Shown here in pieces: positions 6,749 through 16,696 of a DNA stretch of 37,997 nt (positions are counted from its first letter, which is position 1; every line of letters begins with the position of its first letter). The notes beneath the pieces were generated by a model that was not told where the DNA came from, searched no databases, and saw only the letters and a list, made by a program, of their open reading frames with translations. Made by a program: the position numbers and the translations under genes. This DNA is from a virus (Duplodnaviria > Caudoviricetes), in the IMG/VR virus record IMGVR_UViG_3300048599_000893, positions 1-37,997 of that record. One strand, written 5' to 3'.

Positions 6749-9700
6749 ACTATACCGACTTTCTCAAGACAAAAATAACTGTCGCCGAACGCGCCGGCTT
6801 TGAAATTGGCGATCTCAATCCCCGCCATTTGCCCCACCAGGTGGAAGCCATTCGCTGGGCAGCATCGATGGGAACGGCTCTGATTGCCGCTTCTTTCGGC
6901 CTGGGTAAGACATCCATCCAGTGCGAACTGGCCCGCCAAATCCATAACTTGCACAACAAATCTGTCATGGTTGTTTGCCCGCTGGGCGTCAAATCCCAAT
7001 TCACCATCGAAGACGGCCCGGCCCTGGGAACGAACTGGAAGTATGCCCGCACTGACGCCGAAGCCGCGCAAGCCGGCCCGTACATCATTACCAATTATGA
7101 GCGTGTCCGCGACGGGAACATCACTTCTGAAACCATCGATCAACTTGATGCGGTGTTCCTGGACGAAGGCTCAATCCTGCGTAACATGGGTTCTGAAACA
7201 TCCGATGTGTTCAAGAAGGTGTTCAAGAACGTCCCTTATCGCTATGTCTGCACTGCAACGCCGGCGCCCAATGAGTACAAAGAACTGATTTACTATGCTG
7301 AGTTTCTCGGCATTATGGATCATGGCCAGGCGCTTACCCGTTTTTTCAAACGCGATAGCAATCACGCCGGACACCTGACGCTGATGCCTTCGCAAGAAGA
7401 AAACTTCTGGATGTGGGTTGCTTCCTGGGCGCTTTTCATCAACAAACCATCCGACCTGGGCTTTTCTGACGTTGGTTATGACCTGCCTGAGCTGCGCGTT
7501 CATTGGCAGCGTGTATCGGTCGATCAATCCCGCGCCTGGAAGCAGGCGGATAGCCGCGGTCAGCATCGCCTGTTCCTGGACAGCTCAAACGGTATATCCG
7601 AAGCGTCACAAGAAAAGCGCGCCACGCTCAATGATCGGGTTGAGGAAATGAAACGCATCATGGACGCCAATCCGGGCCGTAATTGGTTGCTCTGGCACAC
7701 CCTGGAAGCGGAGCGCGATGCTATCGAAAGGGAAATTCCTGAAGCCGTAACAGTCTATGGCAGTCAGGATCTGGAAACCCGTGAACAGCGCATTGTTGAT
7801 TTCTCCAACGGCCGGATATCAATCCTTGCCACCAAACCAGAGATTGCCGGATCCGGATGTAACTTTCAAAAATATTGCTACTCAGCTATCTACCTGGGTG
7901 TCGATTACAAGTTTCAGGACTTCATCCAGTCCGTTCACCGTATCCAGCGCTTTCTGCAGACTCATCCGGTAGACATCTACATCGTCTATGCCGAAAGCGA
8001 AGACGCGGTGATTAGCACGCTCAAACGCAAATGGCAGCAGCATGACGCGCTTGTAGCCAAGATGCAGGCCATCATCAAGAAATATGGATTATCCGAGCTG
8101 GCCATTAAAAACGGTCTTAGCCGGAAGATAGGGGTAAATCGCATGGAAGTCAAAGGGAATTTTTACACCGCAGTGCATGGCGACTGCGTTCAGGAAGTCG
8201 GAATTTTGCCAGATAACAGCATCGGCCTATGGTTGACCAGTATTCCGTTCGGAAACCATTACGAATACAGCGTCAATTACGAGGATTTCGGACACAATCC
8301 GTCTGACGATCATTTCTGGAAACAGATGGATTTCCTCATCCCGGAGATGCTGCGCACGCTCAAGCCAGGCCGGGTAGCAGCCATCCATGTCAAGGATCGT
8401 CAGCTTTACGGTCATCAGACCCAGAGCGGCATTATGGAAACCGCGCCGTTTTCTGATGAATGCGTCATGGCTTTTCGGAAGCATGGCTGGACGTATCAGG
8501 GCCGGCGCACCATCGCCACCGACGTCGTCCGCGAAAACAATTCAACCTACCGCCTGTCTTACGGTGAAATGCTAAAAGACGCCAGCAAGATGAGCCAGGG
8601 CCTGCCAGAATATTTGCTGCTGTTCCGCAAGCCGCCGACCTCGAAGCAGAACGCCCGCGCGGATGAACCGGTCACAAAACAGAAGCCGGATACCTATACC
8701 GTCTGTAAGTCGTGCGGTTATCAGCTCACTGCCGATGACTATGGCCTGGAAATGCAAGTGTTTGGCGACCTTATCGACGGCGATAAAACGATTACCGGAA
8801 CCTGCCCGTCCTGTCACCAGGAAGTTGAATTTACCACTGCGTCTGAAGGCGCTTATTCGCTTGGCCGCTGGCAGGTGGATGCTCATGCCGTGTGGCGATC
8901 CAATGGCAACCGCCCGCTAACTCCTGATGAAATGGTTTCTCTCTACCCATTACCGGAACAAATTGCGGCGCTTTTTCGCGAGGAACAACTTAACGGCCGG
9001 TATGACTACGAACGGCATGTAGCCATCTGTGAAGCGCTGGAACGTAAGGGACGGCTGCCGAAATTCTTCATGCTGCTGCCTCCGAAGATCACCCGCGGGC
9101 CTGAAGATATGATCTGGGATGACGTCGTTTTTATGCGAACTCTCAATACCGCTCAAAGTCAGGGACGCCGCGAAAAACATCTTTGCCTTGCGCGTGGCTC
9201 TTTGGTCCTTACGCGCTCAAATGGTTACAAACCTATCGAGGCGGTGAGCGTTGGCGATGAGGTTCTCTCCCATAAGGGGATATGGCGTAAAGTCCTGGCC
9301 GTTTCAAATACTGGCGTTCAGTCTGTCGTAAATCTACTGGCGCATGGCGTTCCTGGGCTGGTTCTCACTCCAGACCATAAAGTATGGTCTCGTAGAACAA
9401 GTTGGAAACGGGAGCGTGATGGGGCAGAAAGGGCAGTTCCTGGGTGGGAACAGGCAAAAGACATGGAACGCGGGTACGTCAATCTCAAACTCCCGCCCGA
9501 AGAAAATAGCCCTCTCAACATATCCGAGCTATGGCTTTTGGGTCGTTGGATTGCAGACGGACACGTCGGAACACGCGGTGAATATGTGGTGAGCATTGGC
9601 CGGGAGAAGTTGGAGGAATTTGAACGCATGGCTGATGATTGGTCAGGAACAAGATCGGAAGGCACGGCCATTCAAATTAGATTAAAAGGTTTGTCTGATG

Positions 9701-10419
9701 CGATGCGTGCCGCTTTGGCCTCCTGCGGTAAAGGTGCTTCTAATAAACAAATTCCACCATTTGCTTATTCTCTTTCGGGCGATTATGCAAAATCGCTTTT
9801 AGATGGTTATTTATCAGGAGATGGGTGCTTTGTGGATAAAAAGAAAACATGGATGTGCACGAGCGTGTCCAAGCAACTTCTTCTGGGTATGGCTATGCTC
9901 GCGCAACGCGCTTACAAGTCCATTGCGAGCATCTATCCAGGAAGGGAAGCGGGAACCTATACCATCGAAGGCCGCGAAGTAAATACGAAGCAAGAGTGGA
10001 TTTTATGTTTTGATATTCGAAATGGCAGAGTTAGCCCGTTTATTCTTGATGATGGCGCATGGAAAAAGGTCCGCAAAGTAGAACAGGTCGGAGAGGCCGA
10101 AACCTGGAACCTGCGCGTTGAAGAAGACGAAAGCTATACAGCTGAAGGTTGCATCGTCAAGAATTGCCCGTTGCCGTTTGATATCGTCGAGCGCTCTATC
10201 CGACTGTATTCGAACGAGGGCGATCTGGTCGGCGATCCGTTCGGCGGATTGGGAACGGTCGCTGAAAGGGCTGTCAATATGCGCCGAAGCGCCTGGACAA
10301 GCGAATTGAATCATGAATATTTTGTGGACATGGTGCATTACCTTCAGTCCGCTGAACAGCAAGTTATGACTCCTACGCTTTTTGATTTAGTGGAGGCGTC
10401 GGCAATGCCGGCAGATTGA
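6745..10419 (+). CDS. SNF2-type helicase fused to an N4/N6 DNA methyltransferase, intein-containing
   Basis: GLGKT, ITNYE, LDEGS, TATPAPN, QSVHRIQRF helicase motifs; TSIPF catalytic motif and DPFGGLGT SAM-binding motif (beta-class order). Confidence 0.88.
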   Translation: MNYTDFLKTKITVAERAGFEIGDLNPRHLPHQVEAIRWAASMGTALIAASFGLGKTSIQCELARQIHNLHNKSVMVVCPLGVKSQFTIEDGPALGTNWKYARTDAEAAQAGPYIITNYERVRDGNITSETIDQLDAVFLDEGSILRNMGSETSDVFKKVFKNVPYRYVCTATPAPNEYKELIYYAEFLGIMDHGQALTRFFKRDSNHAGHLTLMPSQEENFWMWVASWALFINKPSDLGFSDVGYDLPELRVHWQRVSVDQSRAWKQADSRGQHRLFLDSSNGISEASQEKRATLNDRVEEMKRIMDANPGRNWLLWHTLEAERDAIEREIPEAVTVYGSQDLETREQRIVDFSNGRISILATKPEIAGSGCNFQKYCYSAIYLGVDYKFQDFIQSVHRIQRFLQTHPVDIYIVYAESEDAVISTLKRKWQQHDALVAKMQAIIKKYGLSELAIKNGLSRKIGVNRMEVKGNFYTAVHGDCVQEVGILPDNSIGLWLTSIPFGNHYEYSVNYEDFGHNPSDDHFWKQMDFLIPEMLRTLKPGRVAAIHVKDRQLYGHQTQSGIMETAPFSDECVMAFRKHGWTYQGRRTIATDVVRENNSTYRLSYGEMLKDASKMSQGLPEYLLLFRKPPTSKQNARADEPVTKQKPDTYTVCKSCGYQLTADDYGLEMQVFGDLIDGDKTITGTCPSCHQEVEFTTASEGAYSLGRWQVDAHAVWRSNGNRPLTPDEMVSLYPLPEQIAALFREEQLNGRYDYERHVAICEALERKGRLPKFFMLLPPKITRGPEDMIWDDVVFMRTLNTAQSQGRREKHLCLARGSLVLTRSNGYKPIEAVSVGDEVLSHKGIWRKVLAVSNTGVQSVVNLLAHGVPGLVLTPDHKVWSRRTSWKRERDGAERAVPGWEQAKDMERGYVNLKLPPEENSPLNISELWLLGRWIADGHVGTRGEYVVSIGREKLEEFERMADDWSGTRSEGTAIQIRLKGLSDAMRAALASCGKGASNKQIPPFAYSLSGDYAKSLLDGYLSGDGCFVDKKKTWMCTSVSKQLLLGMAMLAQRAYKSIASIYPGREAGTYTIEGREVNTKQEWILCFDIRNGRVSPFILDDGAWKKVRKVEQVGEAETWNLRVEEDESYTAEGCIVKNCPLPFDIVERSIRLYSNEGDLVGDPFGGLGTVAERAVNMRRSAWTSELNHEYFVDMVHYLQSAEQQVMTPTLFDLVEASAMPAD
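9184..10164 (+). mobile_element. intein with LAGLIDADG homing endonuclease (327 aa)
   Basis: begins CLARGSLVLT; block B LTPDHKV; LLGRWIADG and LLDGYLSGDG; ends TWNLRVEEDESYTAEGCIVKN before Cys+1; removal restores KHL-CPLPFDIVER. Confidence 0.92.
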
Positions 10420-10820
10420 TCATGAATAAACCCATAAAATCAATTTCATTTATCGTCAAAGGTCGTCCAGTACCGAAGCAGTCCTACCGCGCGGTAAAAG
10501 GCGGCGGCTATACTGACCCGCGCATAAAGAATTGGCAGGATCAAGTTGGATGGGCAGCCAGAGAGGCTATGCAAGGCCGCGCGCCCCTGACCGGTCCGGT
10601 CTCCATGCGGGTTATCTTCTGTCTTCCCAATCTCCGCCGCGTTGATTTGGATAACCTCAATAAAGGCGTATCAGATGCCATGAACGAGATCGTTTTCCTG
10701 AATGATACCCAGGTCGTCAACCTTCACCTGGTCAAAAAAATCGAATCTGTTCCAGGTATTTTAGTCCAGGTATTTTCAGGCGAGTTGCTTCCGCCATTCG
10801 TTGAAAGGCTCATACCATGA
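10416..10820 (+). CDS. rusA: RusA-family Holliday junction resolvase
   Basis: GRPVPKQ...DLDNLNKGVSDAM...NDTQV motifs; start could be ATG 10422. Confidence 0.88.
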   Translation: MIMNKPIKSISFIVKGRPVPKQSYRAVKGGGYTDPRIKNWQDQVGWAAREAMQGRAPLTGPVSMRVIFCLPNLRRVDLDNLNKGVSDAMNEIVFLNDTQVVNLHLVKKIESVPGILVQVFSGELLPPFVERLIP

Positions 10821-11083
10821 ATTCACAAGGTAACGGTATCAAGCATTCACGGCAGGCCGTCCTCGATTACATCATCGCTTACAAGATTGCTCACGATGGC
10901 AACTCGCCTACTTTACGCGAAATCATGATTGCCTGTCGCGTTACATCGACATCAAATATGTCCTATATCCTGGCCGATCTTGCAAAAACCGGTCAGATTG
11001 TCATCAACCCCGGCAGCCGCGGCATTGAGGTCATCGGCGGTCGATGGAGTTACACACCAGAGGTGCAAGCATGCCAATCCTGA
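10817..11083 (+). CDS. LexA-type DNA-binding domain protein (no peptidase domain)
   Basis: RQAVLDYI...GNSPTLREI...L..L.K.G.I...PGSRGIEV matches the LexA N-terminal wHTH. Confidence 0.8.
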   Translation: MNSQGNGIKHSRQAVLDYIIAYKIAHDGNSPTLREIMIACRVTSTSNMSYILADLAKTGQIVINPGSRGIEVIGGRWSYTPEVQACQS

Positions 11084-11526
11084 ATTACACCACATCAATC
11101 AGCGTTGTAAAAACTGCCTCTGAAATCCAGGAGATCCTTGCGCGTGCCGGTGCGCGCACTGTGATGATCGAATACGGTCAAGATCGGGTACCTTCCGCCG
11201 TATATTTCGAGATTGAAATCAACGGCCGGCACGTATCCTTTCGCCTGCCATCCCAGTGGCAGGGTGTGTACAAAACACTCCAGCGCTCGACCGCTGAGCG
11301 TCGTTACAAAACAGAAGATCAGGCCCGCCGCGTTGCCTGGCGCATCATCAAAGACTGGACGGAAGCCCAAGTTGCCATTATCGAAGCAGGCGCAGCGGAC
11401 ATTGCCGAGGTCTTTCTGCCGTACATGATCAACCCTGCCTCAAATCAGACGCTATTTGAAGAATTCAAATCTGGCAATTTTCTTCTCGGGTCCGGGGATG
11501 TTGTTGAGGGGGAGGTGACGAGATGA
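11071..11526 (+). CDS. conserved phage hypothetical protein
   Basis: GAGG RBS before ATG 11071 (MPILNYTT); QARRVAWRIIKDW...EVFLPY segment. Confidence 0.75.
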   Translation: MPILNYTTSISVVKTASEIQEILARAGARTVMIEYGQDRVPSAVYFEIEINGRHVSFRLPSQWQGVYKTLQRSTAERRYKTEDQARRVAWRIIKDWTEAQVAIIEAGAADIAEVFLPYMINPASNQTLFEEFKSGNFLLGSGDVVEGEVTR

Positions 11527-11882
11527 CAAATGAACAATTGGTTACGGAAGTTGAAAAGCATTTATCAAGGTTGAAAGACGACCTGGAAACAGCAACAAAA
11601 GAGGCTGTGATGCAATCAAAACGCGTCCGAGATATGGAAGTGAAATGTCTCAAACTAAAAAATCGTGTCGCGGAACTGGAAGCTGAGAACGAAGCGCTTC
11701 GCAAGGTCATTATCGGCATGTTTCCGATGTGGATCAATGCGATGGGCTACTGTGAGCACGGAAACCATCTTCAATTAGACGCTATGTACCGCTATTACCG
11801 TGGAAGTGAAAACCAAATGACAAACGAAGATTTGAAATTGATGTTTTCGATTATTCCTGAGAAGACGAAAGGCGATGAGTGA
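11523..11882 (+). CDS. coiled-coil hypothetical protein
   Basis: GGAGG RBS, ATGA overlap, RVAELEAENEALR heptads. Confidence 0.7.
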   Translation: MTNEQLVTEVEKHLSRLKDDLETATKEAVMQSKRVRDMEVKCLKLKNRVAELEAENEALRKVIIGMFPMWINAMGYCEHGNHLQLDAMYRYYRGSENQMTNEDLKLMFSIIPEKTKGDE

Positions 11883-12253
11883 TGATGGGTAGTAATCTTG
11901 TTGACGAAGTAATGATTCCAGTTCGTGCTGCTATCTTGCGGCATGTGAAGAACAAAGATGCTGTTACTGATATTTACAATCGCTGCTATGAAGCGGTTAT
12001 GGCCTCCATTGCCACGATTGAGAAGATGAAAAAGCACGATGAATTACGGCAGCAAATTACAGAGTTAGAAGCAGACATCAAACGCCTGCAATCCGAACTC
12101 AAAGCAGCCAACGATGATGCAGATCGCCTTGCCAGTGAACTTGAAGAAACATATGCGCAAAACGATATTTGCTGGGAAGAACCTGGGGAATCATCGCCGG
12201 CGTTGATTGCTCATAAACTGCGCGAAGAAAAGGCGCACAAACAAAATGTCTAA
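11879..12253 (+). CDS. coiled-coil hypothetical protein
   Basis: overlaps both neighbours; heptad-rich. Confidence 0.65.
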   Translation: MMMGSNLVDEVMIPVRAAILRHVKNKDAVTDIYNRCYEAVMASIATIEKMKKHDELRQQITELEADIKRLQSELKAANDDADRLASELEETYAQNDICWEEPGESSPALIAHKLREEKAHKQNV

Positions 12254-13940
12254 AAATTCATACATTACCGCGACCGATCAATTCTGTGGTGCCGGTGGAT
12301 CGTCCTTAGGCGCAACACTTGCCGGCGTTGAAGTCAAGCTGGCCATGAATCACTGGAAGCTCGCCATCGAAACCCACAACACCAATTTCCCTAAAGTGGA
12401 TCATGTCTGCACAGATATCTCCGCCACCGACCCGCGCCGCTATCCATCAACAAATATCCTCATCACCTCGCCTGAATGCACCAACCACTCGCTTGCAAAA
12501 GGGAAACCGCGCCGCTACTACACTCAGGACCTGTTTGGAAATATCCTGATTGATCCAGCCGAAGAACGCAGCCGGGCGACCATGTGGGACGTCCCTCGTT
12601 TCACCGAATATCACGATTATGAACTCGTCATTGTTGAAAATGTCGTCGATGCAGGCAAGTGGCGCCTTTGGGATAGTTGGCTCCACGCCATGCACGCCCT
12701 GGGTTACAGCCATAAGGTTGTTTATTTCAACTCCATGTTTGCACTTCCCACACCGCAAAGCCGCGACCGGATGTACACCGTATTCTGGAAGAATGGGAAC
12801 AAGGCCCCTGACCTGGAATTTCGACCAAAAGCGCCCTGCGACCATTGCGGTCGTGTCGTTGAAGCAATCCAGACCTGGAAGAAACCTCAGCAATGGGGAA
12901 GATACAAGGCTCAATATTTTTACCGCTGCCCGCTCTGCAATCGGGAAGTGAAGCCGTTTTACTATGCCGCTTTCAACGCAATCGACTGGTCCATTAAAGC
13001 CGAACGCATTGGCGATCGGTCGAAGCCGCTCAAACCGAAAACTCTGGAACGGATTAAATACGGTCTTGAGACATATGGCCGCAAACCGGTCATTGTCACC
13101 GGTCGCTATACCACCGGGATTGATTACCGCGTAAAAGACGCCACTGATGAACCTCTGCCTACCCAGCCTGGTGATTCATCTCATGCGGTCGTTTATCCGT
13201 GGTTGGTGGAAACGGGATATTCACATGCTCCTGATAACCGCGCTTATCCCAGCATTGGCCCGGAACCAACCCAAACTACCCATCAAACGATGGGGCTTGT
13301 TGGCTTCTTGAGCAAACAATATGGCGGCTCAGCTGAACCACAATATATGTCCATCGGCCTGGACGATCCTACCGGAACAGTCACCCCATACGATCATCAT
13401 GCCCTTTTGAGTGTCCCAGCGGGATATTTGGTCCGTCAGAATTCCATCGACGGCGGCAATCCTGCTCGCCGGAGCCTACCCCTGGACAATCCCCTGGCGA
13501 CAATTCTAACCGACGGTACACATGCTTTTGTCGGTATGCCGCCTTCCTTCATCGCCGAGATGCACGGTACTGCAAAATCAGGCAGTATCGATGATCCATT
13601 GATGTGTGTGACGGCCGGAGGTGGTCATCATGCGCTGCTTTCTGCCGATGCCTTCTTGACTTATTACTATGGCCAGCAAAGCGCCGGCGCAATCACGGAT
13701 CCTGTACACACCGTAACCAGTCTTGACCGCGCCGGCTTGGTCGGTGCGCTTGAAGCTTTGACTGTGGACGATCTAACCTTTCGCATGCTTGCGCCTCACG
13801 AGATTGGCAAGGCGATGGCCTTCCCCGGTTCATACGTTGTTCTGGGAACCTCAAAGGAAAAAGTCAAGCAATACGGGAATGCCGTCACTCCCCCAGTGAT
13901 GGAGATGCTGATCAACCGTTGTGTCGATAGCCTTCAATAG
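12246..13940 (+). CDS. C5 cytosine DNA methyltransferase
   Basis: FCGAGG (motif I), SPEC (IV), ENV (VI), QSRDR (VIII), GNAV (X); long variable region with repeated D.P..T(V/I)T units; ATG 12246 is the likely start. Confidence 0.92.
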   Translation: MSKNSYITATDQFCGAGGSSLGATLAGVEVKLAMNHWKLAIETHNTNFPKVDHVCTDISATDPRRYPSTNILITSPECTNHSLAKGKPRRYYTQDLFGNILIDPAEERSRATMWDVPRFTEYHDYELVIVENVVDAGKWRLWDSWLHAMHALGYSHKVVYFNSMFALPTPQSRDRMYTVFWKNGNKAPDLEFRPKAPCDHCGRVVEAIQTWKKPQQWGRYKAQYFYRCPLCNREVKPFYYAAFNAIDWSIKAERIGDRSKPLKPKTLERIKYGLETYGRKPVIVTGRYTTGIDYRVKDATDEPLPTQPGDSSHAVVYPWLVETGYSHAPDNRAYPSIGPEPTQTTHQTMGLVGFLSKQYGGSAEPQYMSIGLDDPTGTVTPYDHHALLSVPAGYLVRQNSIDGGNPARRSLPLDNPLATILTDGTHAFVGMPPSFIAEMHGTAKSGSIDDPLMCVTAGGGHHALLSADAFLTYYYGQQSAGAITDPVHTVTSLDRAGLVGALEALTVDDLTFRMLAPHEIGKAMAFPGSYVVLGTSKEKVKQYGNAVTPPVMEMLINRCVDSLQ

Positions 13941-13949
13941 GAGAATACC

Positions 13950-14240
13950 ATGTCAGAAGAAACCTTTGATTGCTATGCAATCGTCGAAATCCTCGGCCGC
14001 AAGGTTGTTGCCGGACGTGTCACCGAACAGGTCATCGCCGGCCAGGGCTTCATCCGCGTGGATATCCCGGCCGTAAACGACCAGGCCGCGTTCACCCAAC
14101 TTTACGGTCCGGGTTCTATATACGCAATCACGCCGACAACCGAAGAGATCGTCCGCGCATACGTCGCCCGCAATGTCGGTGTTCCGATCCAGCCCTGGCA
14201 ATTAGCGCTGCCAGGGAATGTTGAAGAAATGCCGTTTTAG
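13950..14240 (+). CDS. conserved phage hypothetical protein
   Basis: AGGAG RBS; AIVEILG...AGRVTEQ...IRVDIP...SIYAITP. Confidence 0.75.
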   Translation: MSEETFDCYAIVEILGRKVVAGRVTEQVIAGQGFIRVDIPAVNDQAAFTQLYGPGSIYAITPTTEEIVRAYVARNVGVPIQPWQLALPGNVEEMPF

Positions 14241-14252
14241 GGGAGGTGTAAC

Positions 14253-14606
14253 GTGAAAGATCAATTAACGGGTGTGCAAAAGACCAAACCATGTTCTTAC
14301 GACGTAACCAGCGACCTTCCAGAAAATCAGCCCTGCTACCCGCGCGCCTCAGCGCTATTACAGGAAGAAGAAATCAAAAAACTGTATGCCTGCCAGGCTC
14401 GATCAAACGTTGAAATCGCTAGGTTATCCCGATCACTTGCACAAACTAGTAAGTTGCTTCGCAAATTCAAGAAAATGGCCGAAGTGCTGTTGCAGAGTAA
14501 ATTTTCGTATGCGCAATCTAATAATTTTGCAGAAACTATTTATACCGATTGCGTTCATACACTCAATGAAATCTGCATGCCGCGCAAGGAACAGGAAAGC
14601 CAATAA
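14253..14606 (+). CDS. hypothetical protein
   Basis: GGAGGT RBS, GTG start, tight operon packing. Confidence 0.6.
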   Translation: MKDQLTGVQKTKPCSYDVTSDLPENQPCYPRASALLQEEEIKKLYACQARSNVEIARLSRSLAQTSKLLRKFKKMAEVLLQSKFSYAQSNNFAETIYTDCVHTLNEICMPRKEQESQ

Positions 14607-14608
14607 TC

Positions 14609-14986
14609 ATGGCTGTGATGGCACTAAAACCAGGGTGTACGCAAGCGTACACCTTCAATGAGGTAAGGGAATATATCGAATACCTCTACAGCGCGAAAAG
14701 GTCACTGCGCCGAATCGCCCGCGAGGACTTCAATGGCTCCGTTTCTCATGGCGCAGTCCAAAGGGTGCTGGAAGGGGTCGAGCCGAAAGACCCGCAAGTA
14801 AGGAAAGCATTCGGCCTGCCAGAATACAGCTTCCTGGTGGTTGTCTCAGATGAACCGATACCCAATGGAACGCAGGTATATAAGGCAGTCCAATGTATAT
14901 CGTGCGGTCAGTGGTTCATCCCAAATAGCCCGCGCAGGCAGCGCTGTTTCGTCTGCTTCCCCTTTAAACCGAAGTCTCTTCATTAG
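14609..14986 (+). CDS. HTH plus Zn-finger protein (putative regulator)
   Basis: SLRRIARE...VSHGAVQRVL HTH-like segment; C-terminal CISC...CFVC. Confidence 0.6.
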   Translation: MAVMALKPGCTQAYTFNEVREYIEYLYSAKRSLRRIAREDFNGSVSHGAVQRVLEGVEPKDPQVRKAFGLPEYSFLVVVSDEPIPNGTQVYKAVQCISCGQWFIPNSPRRQRCFVCFPFKPKSLH

Positions 14987-15001
14987 AAAGGAAGTATTCA
15001 A

Positions 15002-15946
15002 ATGGGAGAAAACTCAAAAATATCCTGGACAGATCACACGTTCAATCCCTGGTGGGGCTGTGCGAAAGTCTCCCCCGGATGCGCCAATTGTTACGCCGAA
15101 ACACTTTCAAACCGCTTCGGGTCTCTCTGGGGCAAAGATGCGCCGCGCCGGTTTTTCGACACAAAGCACTGGGACGAACCGCTGAAATGGAACAGCAAGG
15201 CGGCCGCTGCCGGCAGAAATGCTAAGGTATTTTGCGGGTCGATGTGCGACATCTTCGAAGACCGTCCCGATCTTACCGAACACCGTACCAGGCTCTTTGA
15301 TCTGATTATGCAAACCCAGCACCTGACCTGGCTGCTGCTGACCAAACGTCCAGAGAACCTGGCGCGCCTGCTCCCGCAAGAATGGAACCAGAAAAACGTC
15401 TGGTTGGGTGTTACCGCAGAAAATCAAACTGCTGCCGATAAGCGCATCCCGCTTCTGCTCCAGGCCCCGGCCGCCGTACGCTTTGTGAGCTGCGAGCCGC
15501 TGCTAGGACCGGTTGATCTCGGTATTGGAGTATGCCAAGAGTGTGGTGGCTGTGGAGAGACCGCTGGACATTATAGTCAAGATGATGGTATGGATACCTG
15601 CGGTTCGTGCGGTGGAAGTGGACGGGCAGAAAATAAAATTGATTGGGTTATTGCCGGCGGAGAAAGCGGGCAGAAGGCCAGGCCCATGCACCCTGACTGG
15701 TCGCTGTCATTGCGCGATCAATGCCAGGCTGCTGGCGTATCGTTCTTTTTCAAACAGTGGGGCGAGTGGGCACAGGTTGAAGAATTCACCGGTTCCAATG
15801 GAAACGTGTTTAGCGACCAGCTCAAACAAATTGAGTTTGGTGGTGAAGGAAATAGCCTTCACATGCAGCGGATTGGAAAAGCCGCTGCCGGCGAACTTCT
15901 GGACGGCGTTGAGTGGAAACAATTTCCAGCTCCATTGAAAGATTGA
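15002..15946 (+). CDS. DUF5131 / phage Gp37-Gp68 family protein
   Basis: SKISWTDHTFNPWWGCAKVSPGCANCYAE three-Cys motif; LLTKRP; SCEPLLG; WVIAGGESG; FFFKQWG. Confidence 0.92.
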   Translation: MGENSKISWTDHTFNPWWGCAKVSPGCANCYAETLSNRFGSLWGKDAPRRFFDTKHWDEPLKWNSKAAAAGRNAKVFCGSMCDIFEDRPDLTEHRTRLFDLIMQTQHLTWLLLTKRPENLARLLPQEWNQKNVWLGVTAENQTAADKRIPLLLQAPAAVRFVSCEPLLGPVDLGIGVCQECGGCGETAGHYSQDDGMDTCGSCGGSGRAENKIDWVIAGGESGQKARPMHPDWSLSLRDQCQAAGVSFFFKQWGEWAQVEEFTGSNGNVFSDQLKQIEFGGEGNSLHMQRIGKAAAGELLDGVEWKQFPAPLKD

Positions 15947-15952
15947 GCATCG

Positions 15953-16159
15953 ATGTTTGAAAATTCACTGCCATTATTAGTGTTTCAGCCATATGGCCTC
16001 TGTCAGGGTACCTTGTTGGTTGATCCTTACTCCGATGAGCTGGAACGTCAGCTCTGGCGCGGCCGGATCATTGATGGCCGCAAAGTTGGCGCAACGTGTA
16101 CAGACCTGGATAATTTACCCAGGTTTATCCCATCGGTTGGCCTCGGCAGGTTGTCATAA
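15953..16159 (+). CDS. possible small hypothetical protein
   Basis: fills the gap between DUF5131 and ASCH; weak RBS, no motifs. Confidence 0.3.
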   Translation: MFENSLPLLVFQPYGLCQGTLLVDPYSDELERQLWRGRIIDGRKVGATCTDLDNLPRFIPSVGLGRLS

Positions 16160-16186
16160 GCAGAAAATTAGACCACAAAGGATGAT

Positions 16187-16696
16187 ATGAAAGCATTGAC
16201 CGTTCAACAGCCCTGGGCGACTTTGATCGCCATAGGAGCCAAACAAATCGAAACCCGCTCATGGAAAACGGATTACCGCGGGCCGCTGGCTATCCATGCC
16301 AGTAAAAACATGCCGGTTCAAAATCGTGTATTGATGTACAAATCACCATTCGCAGAATACCTGCGTAATTATGATGTCAAACAAACTCGCATGGTCAATC
16401 ATATTCCGCTCGGTTGCATACTCGCTACTTGCGACCTGGTAGATATCGTTCACATCCCGCCTTTCCCTACCCGGTGGATTTCAAAATTTAAACTTTATCA
16501 CCTTGATATGTACCCAAACGAAATTTACGAAACTGGCCCAGACGACAAAATCATTCCGATCCCGCCAGATGACCCTGAGCTTTCCTTCGGCGATTACACT
16601 CCCGGCCGGTACGCGTGGATTCTTGATAACGTCAAAATTCTTGACGCGCCAATTGAAGCCAAAGGACGGCTCGGATTGTGGGAGGTCAATCTGTGA
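16187..16696 (+). CDS. ASCH domain protein
   Basis: MKALTVQQPWATLIAIGAKQIETRSW..YRGPLAIHA; GRYAW; KGRLGLW. Confidence 0.92.
   Translation: MKALTVQQPWATLIAIGAKQIETRSWKTDYRGPLAIHASKNMPVQNRVLMYKSPFAEYLRNYDVKQTRMVNHIPLGCILATCDLVDIVHIPPFPTRWISKFKLYHLDMYPNEIYETGPDDKIIPIPPDDPELSFGDYTPGRYAWILDNVKILDAPIEAKGRLGLWEVNL

Noticed and set aside
10817-11083. LexA-like gene as the phage immunity repressor
   Set aside because: Lacks the peptidase domain and lies within the lytic replication operon rather than in a divergent switch
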